Source of the DNA: Candidatus Geocrenenecus sp. JGI 0000106-J15
GTDB taxonomy: Archaea; Thermoproteota; Nitrososphaeria_A; Caldarchaeales; Wolframiiraptoraceae
DNA: 24,000 bases
Assembly (NCBI GenBank): GCA_000405685.1
Contig: ASPF01000017.1
Coordinates: 4,984-28,983, forward strand
Direction: 5' to 3'
Shown here piece after piece: positions 1 to 8,227 of the stretch. The notes below the pieces were generated by a model. The model did not search any database. It had not been told where the DNA came from and saw only the letters and a program-made list of their open reading frames with translations. A program made the translations under genes and the position numbers. Numbering within the stretch: the stretch's first letter is position 1; every line of letters begins with the position of its first letter.

Positions 1-319
1 AGTCGCAGTAATAACTATGGATTTTATGCTTGGATACGGCTCTAACCCCGATCCAGTAGAAGCTATGTCTAGCTCTATACTTGAAGCAAGCAAGATTGCC
101 GCAGAAAAAGGTAGGAAGATAGTATTCATGGGTCACGTATGTGGAACTGAATTAGATCCCCAGAATGCTCTCAAACAAGAAGAGAAACTAAAGAAGATGG
201 GTGTAGTAACATTTCCATCGAATGCTTTGATGGCCTTTGCATCAGCTTTACTAGTTAAACGTGGAAAGATAGCTCCTGAGAAAATTAAAAAAGTATATAA
301 AATGTTTCTAGAAAAATAG
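1..319 (+). CDS. FdrA-like (succinyl-CoA-synthetase-alpha-like) protein, C-terminal part; 5' end lies outside the window
   Basis: The frame is open from base 2 (V-A-V-I-T before the listed Met), so the gene starts upstream of the window. The translation ...LGYGSNPDPVEAM...VCGTELDPQNALKQEEKL...GVVTFPSNALMAF matches my recollection of the FdrA family C-terminal region (GyG..DPa ... Gt..DPQ ... L..aGv.v..sNa). Stop is TAG at 317-319. Confidence 0.6.
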   Translation, partial: VAVITMDFMLGYGSNPDPVEAMSSSILEASKIAAEKGRKIVFMGHVCGTELDPQNALKQEEKLKKMGVVTFPSNALMAFASALLVKRGKIAPEKIKKVYKMFLEK

Positions 320-331
320 AGGTGATACGAG

Positions 332-505
332 TTGAGTGAGCCAGTGAAGAAGCTTTTCTCATCAAAGCTTAAAGTATTAAATATTGGGTTGGAAATCTTC
401 TATGATTCGTTTAAAGCTCAGGACGTTGAAGTAATACATGTTAGATGGCAGCCTCCGCCTAAACTTGAAAAAAAGCTGGAAGATGCATTAGAAAAGATCT
501 TCTAA
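332..505 (+). CDS. Small 57-codon ORF (TTG start), possibly a detached FdrA C-terminal tail
   Basis: Not in the supplied track, apparently because it is under 60 aa. GAGGTGAT at 319-326 lies 5 nt upstream of TTG 332. My own translation is LSEPVKKLFSSKLKVLNIGLEIFYDSFKAQDVEVIHVRWQPPPKLEKKLEDALEKIF, with stop TAA at 503-505. It is in the same frame as the upstream ORF but separated from it by two stops (TAG 317, TGA 323). Confidence 0.45.
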   Translation: MSEPVKKLFSSKLKVLNIGLEIFYDSFKAQDVEVIHVRWQPPPKLEKKLEDALEKIF

Positions 506-984
506 ACCTTCTTTCTTACTTGATAGTGTTTAGACGCATCTTTTATCGCCTCAATTATTTCATAGTATGTTCCACATCTACATACTATGCCGCTTAAACT
601 TTCTTTGATCTCATCCTCTGATGCTGATGGGTTTTCTTCTAGGAGTTTATGCGAGGCGAGGACAAAGGCTGGTGTGCAGAATCCGCATTGTAGTGCTCCA
701 TGCTCTATGAATGATCTCTGTATAGGTGCTAGCTCACCATCTCTAGCAAGACCTTCAACAGTCAATATCTCTGAACCATCAACCTCAACAGCAAGAACAA
801 GACAAGACTTAACTAATTTACCGTTTAATAGTATACTGCAGAGACCGCATTCTCCACGCCAGCAAGCTGCTTTCACGCTCTTCACTTTTAGCTTATCTCT
901 CAGAACATCTAGTAGTATCTCGTTATCCTTAACCTCGACTCTCCTCTTAGATCCATTAACAGTTAAAGTAATCCATCGACCCAT
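502..984 (-). CDS. Molybdenum hydroxylase small subunit, [2Fe-2S]-binding (CoxS/CutC-like)
   Basis: Two canonical 2Fe-2S cysteine clusters are present: CWRGECGLCS...SC, then QCGFCTPAF...CRCGTY. A GAGGTGG motif lies 8 nt upstream of the ATG, overlapping the end of the medium-subunit gene. Confidence 0.9.
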   Translation of the reverse strand: MGRWITLTVNGSKRRVEVKDNEILLDVLRDKLKVKSVKAACWRGECGLCSILLNGKLVKSCLVLAVEVDGSEILTVEGLARDGELAPIQRSFIEHGALQCGFCTPAFVLASHKLLEENPSASEDEIKESLSGIVCRCGTYYEIIEAIKDASKHYQVRKKV

Positions 985-986
985 AT

Positions 987-1865
987 TCAGCCCACCTCGA
1001 ATATTCTACTCAAAACATTAATTGTCAACAATTTCACAAGATGTCTACGGTAGTCTTCTGTTGCTAGTACATCCGATATTACGTCTATTTCTTTAGAAGC
1101 TTTTTCAGCAGCTAGGATTACTGCTTCACTAATATTTTTGTTGGTAAGTATTATTTTCTCTGCTTCATAAGCTCTAACAGGCTTTGTGGAAACTGCACCA
1201 TACACTAATCGAGCATCTCTCGGCTTCTTACTATCATTGACGTAGGCGGCTAATGTTGCTAGAGCAAATTCCGACCCTGTATTGAACTTCATGAACAAGC
1301 TTTTAGCTTCAGGAGGTAGGTCTGGTAGATATACAGAGGTAACTATCTCGTTAGGTTCTAGACTAATCTCTACGGGTCCCTTGATAAATTCAGATACAGG
1401 CATACGTCTAACATTGTCGACACTCATTATCTCTAGTTCTGCATTATATGCTATCAACGGGACTGGGCCATCAACCCATGGTATTGCTTCGCATATATTT
1501 CCAACTAGGGTGGCGCGATTTTTAATGATAGGGTCTGAGCCTGCCTTGACTGCTTGATGTAGAGCTACATACTTTTCTCTTACGATATCATGTTTCTCGA
1601 TCTCTGACATGGTTACTGTCGCACCTATCTTCAAGCCTTCACCTTTCCTATATTCTATGATCTTTAGTTCCGGTATATCTTTTATATCAATTACATGATT
1701 TGGTGCTAGAAGTCTTTCTTTCATGAATGCAATTAATCCTACTCCTCCAGCCATTACTTTAGCTTCATCTCTAAACTCGTTTAAGAGTTGGAGAGCCTCC
1801 TTCAGGCTTTTCGGTTTATGATATGTAAACTCTGGTAGAGTTAGGTATGGTGCTCCGAAGCTCAT
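987..1865 (-). CDS. Molybdenum hydroxylase medium subunit, FAD-binding (CoxM/CutB-like)
   Basis: A 292 aa protein with the MAGGVGL FAD-binding motif and the typical CoxM layout. It overlaps the large-subunit gene by 4 nt and sits 2 nt from the small-subunit gene. Confidence 0.9.
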   Translation of the reverse strand: MSFGAPYLTLPEFTYHKPKSLKEALQLLNEFRDEAKVMAGGVGLIAFMKERLLAPNHVIDIKDIPELKIIEYRKGEGLKIGATVTMSEIEKHDIVREKYVALHQAVKAGSDPIIKNRATLVGNICEAIPWVDGPVPLIAYNAELEIMSVDNVRRMPVSEFIKGPVEISLEPNEIVTSVYLPDLPPEAKSLFMKFNTGSEFALATLAAYVNDSKKPRDARLVYGAVSTKPVRAYEAEKIILTNKNISEAVILAAEKASKEIDVISDVLATEDYRRHLVKLLTINVLSRIFEVG

Positions 1866-4258
1866 ATAGTCACCTCTACAATCTTCTCATATTTAGAAAA
1901 CCTCTTCCATGCTTCCTCTACAAGGTCAGGTCTCTGCTCTCTAAGTGCTCTCCAAACATATTCTGGATTCATCGGCAATCTATCCAATTTTACACCTATA
2001 GAATTATAGATAGCATTAGCTATAGCTGGTGCAACACCGATCATTGTAAGCTCTCCTATCCCTCTCGCACCATATGGTCCATCTAGTTGAGGCGTCTCAA
2101 TATATCTGGCGACAACTTCTCTAGGTAAATCTTTGATTCTCACTAGGTAATAGCTAGTAAAGTTCGGATTCACCACCCACCCCCTCTCATCAAATTTTAT
2201 CTCTTCATACAATGAAATACTCGTCCCCATAATTAATCCTCCATGGGTCTGCTGCTTTACAAGCAACGGGTTTATAACTTTACCTAAATCTAGAACTTCA
2301 ACAGCTTTCAAGATATTTATTTCTCCAGTGAGGAGGTCGAGTTCTAGTTCTACAGCAGTTCCTCCGAATGTATGGAAGATCGTAGGGTTCCCTTGACCTG
2401 TATCTGGGTCTAAATAGGTAGTATGAGTTGACATGAATACTCCTCTACCTATTACAGGTCCACCTATCGAGTTACCGTTGGGATAGGTGTAGCCCATTAC
2501 TATATCTTGTAATGGTATCTTCTCCCATGGTTTACCCTTAACTCTTACTTCACCATCTACCAACTCTAGTTGGTCTTTTGGGCATCTTAAGACTTCAGAT
2601 GCAACTGTAAAGATCTGGTTCTTAGCATCTTCTATAGCTTTTAAAATCGCTATTCCATCTGTAAATAATCCTCTACTTCCCACAGTCTGCCAAGTATAAG
2701 CTGATTTATGAGTATCTCTAACATAGTCAACTCTAACTTTTTCAAGAGGCAGACCAAATTCTTCTGCAACTATCTGCATCAAAGCTGTTACAGTTCCCTG
2801 TCCAAAATTGCCAGTAGCAATCAGTAAATCTATGCTTGCATCTTCATTAAATTTTAGTATAGCTGAAGCTGCAGCGTTTGGTGGTTGCGCAGGACCTTTA
2901 ACAAACAGAGATAAACCTTTAGCTCTAACTTTCCATGGTTCAGGAGGGTTTTCAGATGGCTTACCCCAGCCAATCTCATCTACTAAAGTTTTCAATACTT
3001 TTTGAGGATCACCAGCATCTTCTCTAAGCCTTTCTCCAGTACATGTATGTGAGTGCCCAGGCTTCACAAGATTTTTTCTTCTTATCTCAGATGGATCGAT
3101 TCCTAGTTTCTTTGCTGCTCTATCAATTATCTGTTCAAGAACCCAGTGGCTCTCAGGATATCCGAAGCCTCTTAGAGCGGTTGTAGGGATCTTGTTAGTA
3201 TATACTGTTAAAGACTCTACATTTATGTTTGGGATCTCATAACAACCATCTGCTGAGTATCCCACCGCTCTTCCAACGTTAACTGTATAGTCTGCATAAG
3301 CCCCAGCATCTAATATGAATCTAACACTGTATGCGTTAAACGTTCCATCTTTCTTAAATCCTGCTTTAGCGAATGCATGGAATCCTTCTCTCACAGCTGC
3401 TGTAGAGAATTGTTCCTTCCTTGAAAGCACGAGTTTAACAGGACGATGTCCAGCTGCTTTTGATAGAATAGCAACTAAAGCTTCCCACCCGAGGCCTGCT
3501 TTTCCTCCGAAGCCGCCTCCTACATAGGGTATCCTGACAATTATCTTGTTGTGGGGTATCCCAAGTGAGAGGGCCATAATCTGCCTTACAGGTGCAACGT
3601 TCTGCCAGCTTGTCCAGATTTCTACTGTTCCATCTAGATGATAATGGGCTATAACATTTTGAACTTCCATATAGCAATGGCTTACATGCGATATATGGAA
3701 TTCTTCTTCTAGTACTACATCTGATTCTCTGAATCCTTTCTCTACATCCCCTCTAACCAATGTAAATTTATTTGCAATATTTGTTCCAGGTATAGGCTTA
3801 AAGGCTGGTGAATGCCTGTATTCTTCCATCTTTTCATGGATTAAGAGTGCATCTGGTTTCAACGCTTCTAGAGGATCAAATATTGCTGGCAGTTCTTCAT
3901 ACTCTACGTCAACTAGGTCTATTGCTTTCTCTGCTGCCTCAAGCGTCTCTGCAATAACTGCTGCAACAGGATGCCCAACCCAATTAACCTTGTCTATAGC
4001 AAGTAAGTCTCTATCTCCTGCATACATTCCCACTCTATAGGGATATTCTTTACCTGTGACAACTCTAACAACTCCAGGAACTCCTAGAGCTCTACTCACG
4101 TCAATCTTCTTAATTCTAGCATGGGGGACGGTGCTCGTCACTAGCTTAGCGTAAAGCATTCCTGGAAGCTCTAGATCAAATGTGTAAGTAGCTGTTCCAG
4201 TTACTTTGAGAAACCCATCTTGTGGTGGGATAGGCTTCCCGACATACTTAAAAGACAT
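1862..4258 (-). CDS. Molybdopterin-binding large subunit of a xanthine dehydrogenase/aldehyde oxidoreductase-family hydroxylase (CoxL/CutA-like, not a true CO dehydrogenase)
   Basis: A 798 aa protein with GGGFGGK, ALRGFGYPES and ARGIGE motifs. A GGTGAG motif lies 6 nt upstream of the ATG. The L-M-S gene order is typical of the archaeal Cut-type operon. Confidence 0.9.
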   Translation of the reverse strand: MSFKYVGKPIPPQDGFLKVTGTATYTFDLELPGMLYAKLVTSTVPHARIKKIDVSRALGVPGVVRVVTGKEYPYRVGMYAGDRDLLAIDKVNWVGHPVAAVIAETLEAAEKAIDLVDVEYEELPAIFDPLEALKPDALLIHEKMEEYRHSPAFKPIPGTNIANKFTLVRGDVEKGFRESDVVLEEEFHISHVSHCYMEVQNVIAHYHLDGTVEIWTSWQNVAPVRQIMALSLGIPHNKIIVRIPYVGGGFGGKAGLGWEALVAILSKAAGHRPVKLVLSRKEQFSTAAVREGFHAFAKAGFKKDGTFNAYSVRFILDAGAYADYTVNVGRAVGYSADGCYEIPNINVESLTVYTNKIPTTALRGFGYPESHWVLEQIIDRAAKKLGIDPSEIRRKNLVKPGHSHTCTGERLREDAGDPQKVLKTLVDEIGWGKPSENPPEPWKVRAKGLSLFVKGPAQPPNAAASAILKFNEDASIDLLIATGNFGQGTVTALMQIVAEEFGLPLEKVRVDYVRDTHKSAYTWQTVGSRGLFTDGIAILKAIEDAKNQIFTVASEVLRCPKDQLELVDGEVRVKGKPWEKIPLQDIVMGYTYPNGNSIGGPVIGRGVFMSTHTTYLDPDTGQGNPTIFHTFGGTAVELELDLLTGEINILKAVEVLDLGKVINPLLVKQQTHGGLIMGTSISLYEEIKFDERGWVVNPNFTSYYLVRIKDLPREVVARYIETPQLDGPYGARGIGELTMIGVAPAIANAIYNSIGVKLDRLPMNPEYVWRALREQRPDLVEEAWKRFSKYEKIVEVTI

Positions 4259-4329
4259 TCTTATCTCACCAGCTTACATTACTATCATTTCACTAGTTAA
4301 TATTTTTTAACAATATTCCCATAAGATTG

Positions 4330-4767
4330 TCAAGCTAATCTCTGTTTTACACAATCGAATAGTTGTTCTACGATTCTTCTCACGTAACCTTCCAGCATAG
4401 GTTTAGCTAAACTACCGAGAGGACCGCTAACATTTACATCGGCTAGCCAAGCTATCTGTGTAGATCCATCTAGACTTGTCAGTTTTATCTCTACTGTCCC
4501 ATTGAATCCGCTGCCTGCCCCAGATCCTGTAAGATTTAATTTTGCAATATATCTTTGAGGGTCTTCTTCTAGCACCCTGCTTGAGGCATGGAAGATCCCT
4601 TTAATAAAACCTATACTTACTTTTACTTTAGCCGTTACTCTTTTCTCTTCATCTACAGAATAATCCTCTATACCAGGAATACATTGAATAACTTTTTCAG
4701 GATCAGATATGAAGTTCCAAACCTTATCTATCCTAGATTGGACGGCTAGTTTTCCTTCAAACTTCAT
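4330..4767 (-). CDS. CoxG-like SRPBCC-family protein (carbon monoxide dehydrogenase subunit G family)
   Basis: The N-terminus MKFEGKLAVQSRIDKVWNFISDPEKVIQCIPG is typical of CoxG (PF06240-like). It lies upstream of the hydroxylase genes on the same strand. GGTGAT lies 8 nt upstream of the ATG. Confidence 0.85.
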   Translation of the reverse strand: MKFEGKLAVQSRIDKVWNFISDPEKVIQCIPGIEDYSVDEEKRVTAKVKVSIGFIKGIFHASSRVLEEDPQRYIAKLNLTGSGAGSGFNGTVEIKLTSLDGSTQIAWLADVNVSGPLGSLAKPMLEGYVRRIVEQLFDCVKQRLA

Positions 4768-4869
4768 ATAGAGAGATCACCATAACCGACAATATATGTG
4801 TTTATATTATCGGGAGAGCATAATCTTATTCGTTAGATAAGGTTACCTCGATCTAAAACAAGATTGTTA

Positions 4870-4891
4870 CAAAAATATGCTTATATTTTTG
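4870..4891. promoter_or_regulatory. Perfect 9-bp inverted repeat (CAAAAATAT-gctt-ATATTTTTG) in the divergent CoxG/cyclase promoter region; it contains a TATA-like tract
   Basis: Read directly from the sequence. The arms are 4870-4878 and 4883-4891, with spacer GCTT. The repeat lies 27-48 nt upstream of the cyclase ATG at 4918. Confidence 0.3.
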
Positions 4892-4917
4892 CTAGGAATT
4901 TTCTTATGTGACTTAAT

Positions 4918-5733
4918 ATGGTTATGGATTGGAGTAAGATCGTTAATTGGAGTAATGTGAAAATATATGATTTATCTCAGCCGACAAGCTGGAGACAGCC
5001 ACCGTTTATGTGGTATCCTCCAATGAAAGTCTACTGGATTAAGACTCTGGGAGAACATGGTGTAAACGCTCAATACATCGAAACATCTCTACACTTCGGA
5101 ACCCATTTTGACAGTCAAATGCATTTTGTTACAGGGGGAAGAGATGTTGCAAGTCTACCTTTAGAAGACTATCTAGTAGGTGAAGGCGCCATAGTAGATA
5201 TCTCACCATATGTAGGCGATTATGACATCTATACCTCGAATACAATTGAGAAAGCATCGAGAGAGGGAGGAGTAGAAATAAAGAAAGGAGACATACTGAT
5301 AATTCATACAGGATATCATAAATATGCATGGTGCGGGACAGAGCCAGATGAAGTAAGATACATGGTTAAGCATCCTGGACCAGATATAAGCTTCGCTAAA
5401 TGGTGTATTGATATGAAGATAAAATGGCTCGGTGTAGACGCAATGTCTGCCGACCATCCACTTAACACAGTGATTAGAAGAGCTAGACCAGATCTCGTCG
5501 CAGAAGCAGAGAAGAAGTGGGGAAAGAAGATAGATGAACTAATGCCATGGCCAGAAAACTATCAATTAATGCATTTAAAACTCTTCCCACACATGATACT
5601 ACATGCAGAAAACCTAGGTGGAGAGGTAAGCAAAGTAGTTAATAGAAGATGTATAATCGGTGCATTTCCATTCAAATTCCAAGAAGGAGAATCAGCATTC
5701 GCAAGAATAGTAGCTTTTGCTAACGAGAAATAA
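4918..5733 (+). CDS. Putative cyclase / kynurenine-formamidase-family metal-dependent hydrolase
   Basis: Carries the HxGTHxDxxxH signature (SLHFGTHFDSQMHF), plus later DH and HAE motifs. Length of 271 aa is typical of the family. ATG 4924 is an alternative start. Confidence 0.85.
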   Translation: MVMDWSKIVNWSNVKIYDLSQPTSWRQPPFMWYPPMKVYWIKTLGEHGVNAQYIETSLHFGTHFDSQMHFVTGGRDVASLPLEDYLVGEGAIVDISPYVGDYDIYTSNTIEKASREGGVEIKKGDILIIHTGYHKYAWCGTEPDEVRYMVKHPGPDISFAKWCIDMKIKWLGVDAMSADHPLNTVIRRARPDLVAEAEKKWGKKIDELMPWPENYQLMHLKLFPHMILHAENLGGEVSKVVNRRCIIGAFPFKFQEGESAFARIVAFANEK

Positions 5734-5810
5734 CGTAAACACCTCATTACCTTCTTTTTATGTATCTATCAAGACATAGATAGCGAGAAGAATCATCCTA
5801 TATACATATG

Positions 5811-6719
5811 TTAAACTACTGTAATTCTTTCTAGTAGACCATTCTTCTTCAAGAACTCTAAGGTTTTCCTATATAGATTTGACGATAGCTCAGGCATCAT
5901 TAATAATATTTTATGTCCTACGTCTAGATGGTTTTCAATCTGTTTTACATACATGTCTGCGATTATTTCTTTCTCAGGATTTAGATTCTCTGAAGTTGGG
6001 ATTAACATCAACCCGTAATCTTCCTCAACGTATCTCTCGATTAAACCCCGATTCTTAGTGACAATCTCAGCTGGGGCTACCAAAATCATACCTCCTCTAC
6101 TGTCTAAATCTACTAGTTTTTCATATTCATTTAGAGGAAGCTGCTCATAATCATATCCTATGAAACTACATATTTCTCTTATGCAACTCTCAAAATCTTT
6201 TGGATACATTCTGCTTCCAGTTCTTTCTTCAGGATAAATGACTGCGGGTGGAAGATCGTATATCTCATAATCGAACTTATACTTTCTGAAGGTTTCATCT
6301 AAAACCTCTATAAATACTCCAGGCTCAGGTTTTAAGTTACTTTTTACATCTACCTCTCTAGGTCTTCCACCCCAAGAAGAGTCGCTCTGTGTCTCTCTAT
6401 ATCCACAGCTTGGACTTATTCCTAGGCCAACTAACTTAAACTTTCTTACATCGTTCTCTTCTAAGATCTCCGAGAATCCGACAGCAATTCTCCTACATAA
6501 TTCTCTAAACAAAGAATTATCATACTGTTCTTTAACAAACCACCATCTCCTTAGACCGAGATAGACAGCTTCAGGGCATGGAAGCTGGAGAAAACTTGCC
6601 CGACTCAATTTTATAATATCCCATACAGGTCTAACAACATTCCTCCACCGAGCAATTCCAGGAGCTCTTGAATTAACATTCAGTATACAGTGTCCTAGTA
6701 TGAGAGTCTCCATAAACAC
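5811..6719 (-). CDS. Hypothetical two-domain protein: N-terminal DUF523/TudS-like 3-Cys (putative [4Fe-4S]) domain plus an unassigned C-terminal domain of about 170 aa
   Basis: GHCILNVNSRAPG (Cys11), QLPCPE (Cys48) and GISPSCGY (Cys105) reproduce, from memory, the spacing and contexts of the three cluster-ligating cysteines of DUF523/TudS proteins. I recognise nothing in the C-terminal half. Confidence 0.7.
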   Translation of the reverse strand: MFMETLILGHCILNVNSRAPGIARWRNVVRPVWDIIKLSRASFLQLPCPEAVYLGLRRWWFVKEQYDNSLFRELCRRIAVGFSEILEENDVRKFKLVGLGISPSCGYRETQSDSSWGGRPREVDVKSNLKPEPGVFIEVLDETFRKYKFDYEIYDLPPAVIYPEERTGSRMYPKDFESCIREICSFIGYDYEQLPLNEYEKLVDLDSRGGMILVAPAEIVTKNRGLIERYVEEDYGLMLIPTSENLNPEKEIIADMYVKQIENHLDVGHKILLMMPELSSNLYRKTLEFLKKNGLLERITVV

Positions 6720-6813
6720 CTAAACTGTCAATAGAGTTCCTGTTTAATTAGTATTAGTTTACATATTAGTTCATAAGCTTAGGTTGAACACTCTATATTG
6801 AATATTAGATAGC

Positions 6814-6823
6814 TTTATAAATA
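6814..6823 (+). promoter_or_regulatory. TATA-like box (TTTATAAATA) for the BMP binding-protein gene; the spacing implies a leaderless or near-leaderless mRNA
   Basis: The box is centred about 26 nt upstream of ATG 6844, and no SD motif lies in between. Confidence 0.4.
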
Positions 6824-6843
6824 TCCTGACAATAATAAACTAC

Positions 6844-8190
6844 ATGAACCCTAAGAGGAAAATTTCTCGAAGAGAAGCGCTCTCAACTGCTGGTAAAGTT
6901 GCCGTCGGTGTTGTAGCTGCAGGTGTTGTAGCTGGTGCCGCTGGATATGTTGCAGGCAGTAGTGCTGCACCTCCTCAAACGATTACACAGACAATAACTA
7001 AGACTGAGACCAAAGTAGCTGAGACGGCTCGTAAAATCGTGTTGGGAATGGTTTTAGGTGGTTATATTGAGGGATCTACTTGGGATGGACGGCAGATCAA
7101 AGCTGTAGATAGATTAAAGACGATTTACCCATGGTTTGACTATGTTTATGATGAAGGAGTAGTTTTGAAAGGTAAAGATCCTATATCATCAGCAAAAGAC
7201 TTAATCACGGTAAACAAGGCAAACATTATTTTCGGAAGTTGGGAGCCAGCTGCTATACCATCATTCCATAGAATAGCGGGAGATTATCCTGACGTATACT
7301 TTACAGGCATAGTTGGAAGTGACATCTCTTCACAGAGGAATTTTATGAGAGTCTTCGTCAGACAATATCAAGCTATGTATCTTGAAGGATTGATCGCGGG
7401 CGCTATAACTAGAACTAACAAGATAGGTATTGCTGTAGGCCCAGCATGCGTTCAGAACTGGAGAAGAATGGCTGCCTTCTATCTAGGGATAAAGGATGCA
7501 AACCCAGATGCTACATTATATATTAAATACGTTGGAGAATGGTATGATCCTCCCAAGGAGAGGGAAGTCTCGCTAGCTCTAGTTGATCTAGGAGTAGATG
7601 TCTTAACACATTACACTGACTCTGTAGAGCCTCTGAAAGTTTGTGAAGAGAAAGGCATATGGTTCGTCGGTAAAGATACTGACATCGTCGGTTTATACGG
7701 TTGGTCAACTACCGACACGGTAGCAATCTCATTCGATACAAGATGGGAAGTGATGTTCGATGTAATATTTAAAGAGTATTTAGCGGGAACCACGCATCCG
7801 AATAGGTTAATATTTGTAGGCATGAATAGGCATCTCTCTCTACCACCCGATAATCCATGGGTGCCTGGACAGACCATTCTACCAGCAGTTGATCTACAGA
7901 ATAATAATAAGGTTGGCATAGATGCTATAAGTCCAAAAGCAAGACCTTTGATCCCAGACAGGATATTGAAATTAATCGAGGCTAGGAGAGAACAGATGTT
8001 AGCTGGAGTTTGGGATCCATTCTTTGAACATGAGCTAGTTAGTAGTGGTGAGGGAATAGCGATCCCTGAGCTAGGGGTAGACGTACCGCCGAAAGGTACT
8101 GTGGTCAAGCCAGCGGGCGTAGTGGCTTCCGATGAGTTGCTGCTTGGAAAGCTCAACTTCCAGCTTGACGGAATAGTATTGGTAAAGTAG
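6844..8190 (+). CDS. BMP-family (PnrA/Med-like) ABC transporter substrate-binding protein with a Tat-like signal/anchor
   Basis: The N-terminus has SRREAL followed by an Ala/Gly/Val-rich hydrophobic segment and a PPQTITQTITKTETK linker. The body matches BMP-family features (IVLGMVLGGYIEGSTWDG..., C-terminal AGVWDPFFEHEL...). The cognate permease and ATPase genes are adjacent. Confidence 0.85.
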   Translation: MNPKRKISRREALSTAGKVAVGVVAAGVVAGAAGYVAGSSAAPPQTITQTITKTETKVAETARKIVLGMVLGGYIEGSTWDGRQIKAVDRLKTIYPWFDYVYDEGVVLKGKDPISSAKDLITVNKANIIFGSWEPAAIPSFHRIAGDYPDVYFTGIVGSDISSQRNFMRVFVRQYQAMYLEGLIAGAITRTNKIGIAVGPACVQNWRRMAAFYLGIKDANPDATLYIKYVGEWYDPPKEREVSLALVDLGVDVLTHYTDSVEPLKVCEEKGIWFVGKDTDIVGLYGWSTTDTVAISFDTRWEVMFDVIFKEYLAGTTHPNRLIFVGMNRHLSLPPDNPWVPGQTILPAVDLQNNNKVGIDAISPKARPLIPDRILKLIEARREQMLAGVWDPFFEHELVSSGEGIAIPELGVDVPPKGTVVKPAGVVASDELLLGKLNFQLDGIVLVK

Positions 8191-8220
8191 ATCCCCCTAA
8201 TTTTGATTCTATAATCCAAA

Positions 8221-8227
8221 TTTTTTT
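8221..8227 (+). terminator. T7 tract, a candidate archaeal oligo-T terminator for the binding-protein gene
   Basis: A run of seven T residues starts 31 nt downstream of the stop at 8188-8190. It overlaps the stop codon of the convergent permease gene. Confidence 0.35.

Noticed and set aside
587-1021. 144-aa plus-strand ORF overlapping the CoxS-like gene
   Set aside because: It lies entirely antisense to a gene with canonical 2Fe-2S motifs. Its translation is Ser/Thr/Leu/Pro-rich low-complexity sequence typical of a shadow ORF.
1862-4258. Annotation as aerobic carbon monoxide dehydrogenase large subunit
   Set aside because: The active-site loop reads ALRGFGY rather than the Cys-containing AYRCSFR (form I) or AYRGAGR (form II). 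Only the generic Mo-hydroxylase call is supported.
7611-8219. 202-aa minus-strand ORF inside the BMP binding-protein gene
   Set aside because: It is antisense to a well-supported family member. The product is Ser/Thr-rich with no recognisable motif. The same reasoning applies to 7523..7708.
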